From Tubulanus polymorphus (Eukaryota; Animalia; Nemertea), in contig NC_134026.1 of NCBI RefSeq assembly GCF_964204645.1, positions 21,734,150 to 21,798,149 of the forward strand: 64,000 nucleotides of DNA, read 5' to 3'. This document shows, one piece after another, positions 27,501 through 39,500 of this stretch. Position numbers and translations under genes: made by a program. Below the pieces are notes generated by a model that did not search any database, was not told the DNA's origin, and saw nothing but the letters and a program-made list of their open reading frames with translations. Position 1 is the stretch's first letter. Every line of letters begins with the position of its first letter.

Positions 27501-30500
27501 CAATAGAAGATTATAGTACATTTAATGAAATAATAGAAAAAATACTAGATTTGATAACAGATGTTGAATATCCAAAAATTAGTATCTCTGGGAAAGTAAG
27601 TTTTATGAAGTCAGAAGAAAAAATGGATTATAATATTCAAACACTCTCTGAAGAAATAATTTCAAAAACGCAAATAAAAGAGAAGTTAGAAAAAATATTT
27701 AATGAATTTAAACGTCATATTGAAGAAAGATATTTTGAGGGTTCTGGCTTAACATTGAATGAAATTATATATTTAGATTTAAATGTTTATAATACAAAAA
27801 GAAATAAAACATCAAAAAGTAATAAAATGTTTAAAAATGATTCAAACTTTACAACAGAAAAGGATATTAAAGCATCATCTTATATTAAATTACCATTTAC
27901 AACAAAAGCAGTAATAAATATTCAAAATGAAGATAATAAATGTTTTCTATGGTCAATTATTAGTTGCTTACATCCAACACAGGAAAATGTTTGTAGAATA
28001 ACATATTACCGGAAATATGAAACATTATATAAAATTGATCAATATCCAATAACTGTAAAAATGATTCCTAAAATAGAAATAGTTAATAATTTAAAAATAA
28101 ATGTATTCGAATTAATGCAATTACCAAAGACAAAAGGTGAAAATATTAAAGATTATACATTGGAAGCTTTATATTTAACAGAATATTATGATGATGAAAA
28201 TGCTATAGATTTGTTATATTATAAAAAAGATGAAAATGAACATTATATGTCGTTAAAACAAATTGATTTATTCTTTAGAACAGAAAGTGATCACCATAAT
28301 AAAATTTATCTATGTAGAAAATGTTTATCTAAATTTATGACTGAGAATACATTATTAAAACATAAAGAATTATGTGATAATAAAGATTTTTGTAAATTAA
28401 TAATGCCAACAGAAAAAGATTATAAATTGAAATTTACTAATCATAAATTTAAGAATATTGTTCCATTTGTAATTTATGGGGATTTTGAATCGTTGAATAA
28501 AGAATTAACTGATCAAGATAGAAAAGAAATATATAACAAAAAGCAATTATTAAAATCAATGGATAAAGGAAATGAATTAAATGAAGACACAATACAAGAC
28601 CCACCAATTCTAAATACAATCAAAAAAGTTCATCAAAGAGCTGCTGCTTATGGAATTTATATAAAATCAAATTATCCTGAATTATATGAAAGTCAATATA
28701 TTTCTTTTAGAGGTGAAGATGTAGTTAATGATTTTTGTAACAAAATGATTGAATTAGAAAGTGATTTTGCAAAATTATTAAACAAAAATGAAAGAATAGT
28801 TATGACAAAAGAAGATGAAATTGATTTTAATTATGCAACTCATTGTTGTTATTGTGAAAAACGTTTTTATTCATTTGATAAAAAAGTTAGAGATCATGAT
28901 CATTTAAATTCAAAATATCGTGGAGCTGCTCATGAAGATTGTAATTTACAAGCTAAAAAAGTAAATTTCGTTCCAATATTATTTCATAATTTATCAGGCT
29001 ATGATACCCATCTATTTATAAAACAATTATCGGGAAAATTGGGTGCATTTAATCAAGAAATAGAAGAATATAATGCTATGAATGATGTAAATGTAAGAAA
29101 ATATGATTTTAAACTATTAGCTAAAACATCTGAAAATTATATTTCATTTCAATTTGGTTGCATTAGATTTTTAGATTCTTATAGATTTCAAGTTCATTAG
29201 ACAATTTATCAAAAAGTTTAGTTGATAATGATTTTATAATAACTCGATATTATTATCAAAATGAACAAGATTTTAAATTATTGAGATATAAAGGTGCAAT
29301 TCCTTATTCATTTTATAAAACACACAATGATTTTAATGTAACAGAATTATTAAAAGATCAATTTTATGATCAATCAAAAGAGGAGTATGTGAAAGATGAA
29401 GTGTTTAATAGAACATTAAATATTTGGAACCATTTTAAGATGAAAAATCATGGTGAATTAGTTGATTTATATTTAAAATCAGATGTTATGATATTGGCTG
29501 ACATATTTGAAAAATTTAGAGAAGTTAATTTGAATCATTTTAATGTTGATCCTTGTTATTGCTACTCTAGTCCTGGTTTACCCTGGCAATGTGGTTTAAA
29601 ATATACAAATGTAGAATTAGATTTATTAAAAGAACCAGACATGGTTTTATTATTTGAAAAATCAATTAGAGGTGGAATTAGTGGTGTTATGGGAGATTGG
29701 TATTTTAAAGCAAATGATGAATATAAATTATTATATATTGACGCCAATAATTTATATGGGCAATGATGCAACCTCAACCACATAAAAATTTTATATTAAC
29801 AGAAGTTGAAAATGATGATAAAACTGATTGGGAAAGCGCAATTATGAGTTTAAAAGATGAAGCACCAATTGGTTATTTCTTTGTAGTTGATTTAGAATAT
29901 CCTGAAAATATAAAGTTTAAAACAAGAAACTTACCTTATTGCCCAGAACATTTAACTGTAGATGATAGTTATTTAAGTGAATACCAGAAGAAAATAAAAC
30001 CGAAAGATCATGTTTTACAGAAAAATTAATACTTACTCAAAATAATAAATACAATTATATCGTTCATTATAGAATGTTAAAATTTTATCTAAAACAAGGA
30101 ATGAAATTAAAGAAAGTACATAGATATATTGAATTTAATCAATCGAAGTGGTTAGAAAAATATTCTAATTTAACATCCATTTAACTGTGGATTTCCATTA
30201 ATAGCCAAAAATACGGACAGTTACATACTAAAAATCAAGACAAATGACATAACAAAAGACTTAAAAACATTAAAACATCATTTTGATTTTAGCAATTATC
30301 CCAAAGATCACGAACTATTTAGTAATGATAATAAAAAGATTCCTGGTAAATTTAAAGATGAATTAGGGGGTGATGAAATGATTGAAATTGTTGGGATAAG
30401 AAGTAAAATGTATAGTTATAGAACAAAAGATCATGAAGCTAAAAAGTTAAAAGGAATAACAAAACATGTGGTTGATAAACATATAGAATTTCAAGATTAT

Positions 30501-33500
30501 ATAAAGTGTTTATATAAATCAATTGTAATGAAACATAAAATGAATTGTTTAAAATCAGAAGATCATGAGATGTACATTAATGAAGTTGAAAAAACTAGTT
30601 TGAATCCATTTGATGATAAAAGGCATATTTCAGATGATGGTATAAAAACATTACCTTATGGCCATTAATCATTAATATTTCTATGAAATTGTTTCATTAT
30701 GAATAAATCATTATCTTCTGAATCATTAACTTCTGAATCATCATCTTCTAATTCTTCATCTTCTAAAAGTTCTATATTTTGTTCATTAATACATTCAATT
30801 AAATATCTATAACTTTCAATCATTAGATGTTCTTCATTTTCATCTGATTGTTTTTCTATAATTTCTTCAGGTTCTTCCATTTCATTTTTCTCATTTAAAT
30901 AACGTGTTATATTGTTCCACATTTCATCTCGCTCTCTTTGTTTCTTTTTGTTTGTTAATTCATCAAATTGAATTATAATATCTATGTTTAAATAATTTAC
31001 AATCTAATTTAAAAAGAATTCATAATTAATTGAATCTGTTATTCTATTTTCCAAATGATACATTAATATTTGTTTGAATATTTTTTTTATATTTTCCATA
31101 TCTTCTTCTGTTAATTTAGGTTTTTCATAATAACCATTAAATAATAAATATAAATACATTTTCTTTTGTTTTGTGTTAAATGTTGATGGAATAATTGTTT
31201 TTATAATATCTTTTTTAGTTATTTCACCATTTTTATTTTCTATCATTTTCATTTTTTCAAGCCATTGCATATATTCTGGTGTATGATCTTCTATAGAAAA
31301 TATTTTAAAAATTTCATCTAGATAATTTAATTTTGGTTCTATGAGAAAATCTCTAGTTTTTTCTTCACCCCATAAATTCCTTAGCTATTCACAATCAACA
31401 CAAAATTGCACAGGACCTTCTTGTCTTAAGGTCGCATAATAACATTGTGGGCATTTTTGTTTATAATTTCTTGGTAATAGATCTTCATTAAGCTCTTGGT
31501 ATTTACTTACGTTTTCTTTATGTTTTATTGTTCTATTATGTAGATTTGAATTACTTGCTGTAATAATCAATTTACAATATTTACAATAATATGTTTTTCT
31601 TGTTAATTCATTATATTGTTTTTCTAACTTTTCAACTGTTTCTTTATTATCTGGTCACGTTTTCTCATATTTCATTTTTTCTAATATTTTATTTTTTCTT
31701 TCATTGAATTCTTCTTCAAATTTATTAGAAATTTTATCCATATGTGCTTTACGAAATTGATGTTTCTCCCAATCTTCTATATTTTCAGGTCTATATTTTA
31801 TTCGACATTGCTCACAGAGATAATCTTTTATATTATCCTTATCATAGAATAAGAAAGGTCTTTTCCAAATAACTTCAGATTCAACTTCAACAGAATTACT
31901 ATTACTTTCATTACTATCAACATTAGCCGTTGCGCCATTAATTTTACACTTCTCTGAATGTTTTTTAACATAATTTCTTGAGAATAATTTATTACATTTT
32001 GGGCAGTTTAGTTTAGGGGGTTTATAATTTTCTTCATGTTTTTTCATATGTCGAGCCATATTACTTTTTCTTAGAAGTTCACCACTAATTTCACATGCTA
32101 TCTTCTCATCCATTTATTAGGGAAAAAAATTACTTGTGGTGATGAGTGGTAATTTTTTTTATGTTATAAATAATGGTAGAATTAAAAGAATACAGAATAT
32201 TTGTTGATTCTAGAAGACTTACAAATTATAAATCACATAATTTACTAGTTCAATTAGATAGAGAATTTAAGAATTGTGTTGATTTGAAATTAGTAGATAT
32301 AAGTTTATGTAACTCATTTTACAATATATCAGATAAAACTGATGAACATAGAAGCCTTTTTATTTTTGATAAACTTGGTAGTAAAATGTTTCAACTTATG
32401 ATTACACCAGGATTATATAATTTAGAAACATTAGCGCAAGAAATTAATAGAAAAGCTCGGATTGGATTAGGTAATGGTGATTCTAAATTTAATATTAAAT
32501 TCATAAAAAGTGAGAGCTCTAATAAAATTAAAGTAAAGTTTGATGATGAAAATATTAATCATAATGAAGAAGTGAATATTGCTTCATTTTCAAGAAGACA
32601 TGCTTACATGGTAAAAAAAAACCTTTTGCTAAACTGTTAGGAATTCCTCCAGATAAGCTTATTGTTGGAAACATATACGGTATATCAAATTTAATACCTT
32701 TTACACATTTTTATATTTATTGCAATTTAATTGATCCTACAAAAACATTTGAAGCAACTAAAAATATAACTTGTAATTCTAGTATACTAAATATTTTACC
32801 ATTAAAAATGTTAAACAATTTGGAACGCAAATAAATTATAATTTAGCTGAATGTGATTTTAAACCTTGTATTCCACATATCAATAATTTTAAATTAGAAA
32901 TAAGAAATCATAATGGTTATTCAATTGATTTGAATAACATTCCTGTGATATATGAATTAGTTATAAGATGTAGAGAGTAATTTTTTTATTATATAAATGA
33001 ATATAACTGTTGGACCGAGTATATGTTTTGGATTTGATTTTAAACGTGAGAAAGAAATGAAATTTAACATTAATGATGTAATTACACATATCAAAAATAT
33101 TGCATTTTCTAATGAAACAACATTTGAGTATGAAACAACAATAGATAAAGAAACTTTAAATGTAGAAAAGATTACTAATTTAATTAGAGAATCTTTAAGA
33201 TTTTATGAATTAGATGACGATTTTATCATTATTTCTAAAATGGAAAATACATTTAATACATATGAAGTTACTTTTACTCGAGATGAATATAATATATATA
33301 AAGTAAAATCTAATATGAAATATTGGCAGAATCAATTAAATTTTGCTGTTCATTGTGCAACAACTGGTTGTGGTGTAAGTTGGCATGAACACTTGAAAAA
33401 TTTGAAATATTCTGATTTAAAATTCATTCATACAATATTTAGATTTCACACATATTTTCAAATCAGAATAATATTAAATGAATTAGAATGCCCTTTACCT

Positions 33501-36500
33501 GGATCGAAATATTTTAAAGAATTGGATAATAATATTAATCTATCTATGTTTTATAATATGTAATGAATTTAATATAAATATTAATTCCGATTTTAGAGCG
33601 CATGGTAGATTACATGGTGTTGGTGAACAGTATGAAATAAAAAGAATTGATTATCTGCATAGAATTGGAGCTTATCATAATTATAGAATTGATAATAATA
33701 ATGGATGGATTAATTTTATTGAATCTTATAGTGAAGGATTTACAAAACCTGGTATACAAAGAATAAATCAATCAATTAGAACTTATTTGATATGTATTTT
33801 AGGTGCGCAAGTTGAAACAAGATCACCAATAGTTGGAAATAATAGTACTTCATTTGATGCGCAGAAACAATTTAAAATATTATTTGAAGATTCCATTCAT
33901 AATGATAAAAATAGATCGATTCCAGAAAACATTGTAAGATATCAAAATTATTTAGATAAATCTCATGTAAGACTAAATTATTGTATAGGTCCTAATCTAT
34001 TAATTATTTCTAATGATTTAGTATTAAAGATGGGAAATATAATTGGTTATAATAATCTAATTAAAACTGCAACAATAAATAATTCAATTGGATTAAATGA
34101 TATAAATAAAAAGATTATTACTACTCCAAAATTAATGGAAGGTGAAAAAAATATTCAATCAACAGAAACTAAAACTAAAAATATTAAATTGCATAATGAT
34201 TCTAAAATAAAAGATTACAATACATCAGAAAATATAAAAACTGATAATATTCAACATGATATAATTAAAACTGATAATGATAATAAATTCCATGAAAATA
34301 CTAAATTAGCTTTAACTTGTATAGGAATTGTTATAGGAGGAATATTATATTTTAAATTTTAATTTTTTTATTATATAAATGGATGTAGAAGGTGGAGAAG
34401 ATATTGGAATGGATAATTTTGATGAGCCTGGCATAACTGAAGAACAACAACCTGATTTTAGTGAAACAAGTTTTAATGATGGTAATGAGCCAGAATATAA
34501 TAATAATTTAAATATGCCTGATTATATTAAAAATGCAGAATCACAATTAAATCCTGAAAATTTAGACCCAGATTTAGTAAAACAAGATTTAGATAATTTA
34601 AACACAATACCTAAATTAAAACATATAATTGAAAATTCTGAATTTAACATAAATGATGAAGACGTTGGACCTTTAGCATATAAATTAAAATTTTTAGATA
34701 ATGGTAAATGGTATTATCATTTGAAAGGTGATTATTATATTGATATCACTTATAAAAATCAAAACAAAATATTAGCAGAATCAACTTTAGAAAAATTAGA
34801 ACCAGGTAGAATTAAAAGAATTAGTAATAGTAATGGTAATGTAATAACTGATGTTATAAAACAAGAATTAACTGTTAATGATATAGACGTGTTTAAACAA
34901 AGAATTAATGAGTTATTTGACAAAATCAAAAAGAACTCAGAAACAGATACAACTTCTGAACAGAATAAACTTCCAAAACTAGTAAACTTAAATCAAATAA
35001 AGTTCTAATTGAAAAACTTTTACCGAATGGATTAAATGATGCAACAGATCAAGAATTAGAAGATTTAAATAATATATTTTCTGTTGAAGCAATTATAGAA
35101 ATTAAAAGTATAAGACTTGCATCTGATAAAATTGCGCATGATAAAAGTATAAGAGATTTTAAAATTAGAACTTTAGAAAAAGAATTAACTGATAAAAATA
35201 AAGAAATAGAACAATTAAAGTCTGATTTAGATCATCAAGTAATTGATGAAATAGAATATAGGCAAAAAAAATTACGTTTAGAAAAAGAAAAAGATGATTT
35301 AGAATATAACATAGAATTACAAAAAGAAGTAATTAAATTATTATTAAAATCATATGATTATAATATTAATAGATTAAAAGTTATTTTTAAAGATTTATTT
35401 ATAAAACCAAATTCTGAAATATCATTGAAAGATAGAATAAAGTTATTATTTAAATTAGAAGGAATAACAATTCTTTCAATTCTAACAGCTGTAACTATGT
35501 TATTTACAACAATTGGTTTAGCAATATCAAATTCTTTGAAATCTACTCCTACTCCCAATAAACCGGATAAACCCCCGAATGATAATAATTCTATACAAGA
35601 TAAAGTTAAGGATGGTTTAAAGAAATTAGCAAAATATTTATGGGAACTATCTAAAAAATCTGCTGCAGCTTTACCAGGAATTATTGCATCAATTGTTGGT
35701 TTTATATTGAAATCTGCTTGGAATATTCTTAACTTTGCTGCTGAACATATTATTTTATTTTTAATTACAGTTGTAAGTGCTATCATTTTTGGGTTAGTGA
35801 ATATGATATCAAAAAGATATCAAGAAAAAATAATAAAAAATAAATAATTAATTTTTTTGTTAAATAAATGAGTGGGAGTTATATAAGTCCTTCTAAGATT
35901 TCTAGAATATCTAAGGCTATTAAAGCAGAAAGATCACATCATATAATTACACATAATCCTTCAAATATTAATCCCAATGAAACTTTATATGTTAGAATTC
36001 CTAGATTAACACAAAATACTTTTTATGTTCCAAATAGTATTTATTTATCAGCTGATATAAAAGTAACTGGTCATGATAATAATTATGTTGTTGATAATGT
36101 TGGGAGATATTTGATTAAAAAATTAACTATAAAGATTGGTCCAGAAACAGTTTTCTCATTAGATGATTATAATTTATTTATGCATTATAAAGATTTATGG
36201 TTAACTAAAGAAAATAGAAAAAATATGATATTTCAAGACATTCAATCGGAAAACCATAATAAATTAAGATCAGGAGCTAATGACGCAATAGTAACTCGTA
36301 CCGCAGATAATTTGATAAAAAAGATTTATGGAAGTAAATATCAAATTCCATTAGATTTTGAATTGATAAGTAATAATGCACCTTTATATAAATATGTAAT
36401 TCAAGAAGATATTATGTTTGAAATAACATTTGCTCCTGTAAATGAAATTGTATTGTCTAGAAATTGTATTTGTTAAAGACATGGGTTATAAATTATCGAA

Positions 36501-39500
36501 TATATGTTTAGAATATGACACAATAACTAATGAAAATATTGCTAGCACAATTCAAACTCAATACAATCAAGGATTTTCATTATTATATGATTATATTGAT
36601 AAATTTAAAACTGTAACTATTAATGCAAATGATGAAATAATGAGAATATTAACTTCCCAAGAAGATCTATTAAAGGTATATTAATATTTTTACTATTGCA
36701 ACATATTCTAATGGTGTAATAAAAGTAGATAATTATTATAATCCTGAAATAACAAAAGTAGAAATAACTATCGAAGGTATAGCAAATAAAATATTTTGTC
36801 AGGGAATGAGAATGATAGATCAGTGGCCAGAAATAAGAAAACATTTTATGAATGAAAAAGTAAAATCATTTGAAAATTGTAATATTAATCAAATTGATTA
36901 TTATACCGGCATGCATTATGGTTAGATTTTAGAACAACAGAGGATAATTCATTACATGGTTCTGGAAAAAAATTACAAAACACTAAAGATGGAATACAAT
37001 TATTCATGACAAAGAAAAAAGGAAGCCTAAATTTCAAAATGCATATTTATATTATATCTGACGCACAATTAAATATTGTAAATTCACAATTAGATAGTAT
37101 TCAATATAAATAATACTTTTAAATGGATTGATGTTTTACCAAAATTGATAGAAGGATATAATAATTCTTATCATTCTTCTATTGGAATGAAACCTACTGA
37201 TGCTAGAAAACCTGAAAATGCTGAAATTGTTTGGAATAATTTATATGGAGCATTTCTTGTCGATGATTTTGGTGAACCTAAATTTAAAGTTGGTCAAAAT
37301 GTTAGAATTTCTAAGTATAAAAAGATATTTGACAAGGGATACGATCGAAATTTTACTAGGGAAATATATAAAATAAAAAAGGTAATAACAACAAAACCAT
37401 ATGTCTATAAATTAGAAGATTTAGATGGTGAAGAAGTTGATGGGTATTTTTATGAAGAAGAATTGAGTTTAACTACTGAAAATCTAGAACAAGAATATAA
37501 AATTGAAAAAGTATTAAAAACAAAAACTATTAAAAGAAAAAAATATTCTTTAGTAAAATGGGTTGGATGGCCAGATAAATTCAATGAATGGATATTATCA
37601 AGTAAAATTAAAAATATATGAATGAATAAGGAATTATTTATATTTGAGCCTCATAATATGTTAATTTCTGGTGTAACAAATTGTGGAAAAACTTATTTTA
37701 TGTTAAATTTATTAGAGACTTTTTATAAAAACTATTTTGATAATATAGTATTATTTTGTCCAACATATGAATTTAATCAAACTTATGATAGAAATATTAC
37801 TAGAAATAGTAAATTTATTACATTAGATCCTAAAACAGTAAAAGAAAATTTAGATAATTGTATTAAAATAGCAATAGATATTTATAAAGGATCAAATACA
37901 TTATTCATTATAGATGATTGCGCAAATTTACATGATTCAAAAGTGAGAGAAAGTGAGTTATGTTACTTAGCTTTTTCTGGGAGACATTTTGGGATAACAA
38001 CTTGGGTTTTAAATCAAAAATATAATTCAATTGTTAAAGATTTTAGAGAAAACATTAGATTTTTAGTTTTATTCTACAATAAAGATAGAAAATCGATGAA
38101 AAATGCACTTGAGGAAAATGATATTATTCCACATGATTTACATAATGAATATATGGATAAGTTGAAAAATATTAAAAGATCAAAATTACTATTTAGATTA
38201 CAACACCCATTTAGATATGAATTTATTTAAATTCAACTGGCTTGTTAATCTAGTATATTTTTAGTTACATTCTAGTTGAATTCTAGTTATTAGTAGTTGG
38301 AACAAAAATCAACTAGATTTAACAATATTTCAACTAGCTTGTTAATCTAGTTTAATTCTAGTTACATTCTAGTTGAATTCTAGTTGTAAGTAGTTGGAAC
38401 AAAAATCAACTAGATTTAACAAGAAATAAACAAAAACAACAATATTTCAACTAGCTTGTTAATCTAGTTGAATTCTAGTTACATTCTAGTTGAATTCTGG
38501 TTGCAACAACAAAACTAACTTATTTGTTATATAAATGGTAGGTGAAAAGAAAATAAAATCTAAAAATGGTGATGTTCCAATTGAAAAAACTTTAGATGAT
38601 TTAGGAATAACAGAAACAAAATTAACTCCAGATGATGGTGCTTTGAATAATGTAACAACAAATAATAATTATGAATATTATCTTTATTGTAAACATCAAT
38701 TAGAAATATTAATAGCATCTGGAAAATGTAAAAATTTTATTGGTAAAAATTTAACTTATAATGAATTAGATACAATGAAATCAGATGAAATTATTAGATT
38801 ATTTAAGATTTATGAAACCGCGAGAACAGCTAGAATTAATGACGCGATATCAGAAAATGTAGTGAAAGGTTATAGTAAATTATGTAATTATATGCTGCCA
38901 ATTCAAGATGAAAATAGATTATATGCTGATTTAGAAAATGATTATTTAGTTATGACTGAATTAAATAAATGGATTGGAGATTTATCATTTCAATTAGGTG
39001 GATTTATGACATTATTATCAACTGGAATTATAACATTTTCAAATATTGAAAGTAAAAATATTTCTATAATAAATGAACAAGGTGGAAGAAGTGAAGAAAA
39101 ATCCGAGATCACAGAAACAAAATGAATGGTCTCGACAATTAGGAATTAAATCACAAGAATTTAAAAAAGCTAAAAAAGAAGGAATAAATAATGAAAATTT
39201 TAATAATAGTGAAAATATTGTTAGTTCTACTCCTTCTGGTAATAGAATATTTGATAAATATTTATATTTTACAGTTGGATTTGTAATTGTATTCATTTTG
39301 ATTGGGTGTAATTGGTATAAGAAATCAAATAAAATTCATGATATTAATAATTCTGAAACAACTGCTATCAAAAATGAAAATAAATCTGAAATTCCAAAAT
39401 TGACAATAAAAAAATGGATTAATATTTTAGAAAAAAAGCAAAAAAAATCATGTTTTTAATCAATTGAATATTAATTGAATATCTCACTACTTTTGTTAAT

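Noticed and set aside
30665-32113. Alternative genetic code (stop reassignment) in the viral element
   Set aside because: Two different stop types are involved, TGG is used normally for Trp, and other genes are broken by indels. Ordinary decay is the simpler explanation.
35358-35786. 142-aa minus-strand ORF and similar antisense ORFs (26860-27087, 29562-29783, 36620-36844, 39039-39296)
   Set aside because: They are antisense to better-supported viral genes and lack the TAAATG start signature.
38232-38510. Possible CRISPR-like array (also considered for 15110-15700)
   Set aside because: The units are tandem repeats with no unique spacers, there are no cas genes, and the context is eukaryotic.
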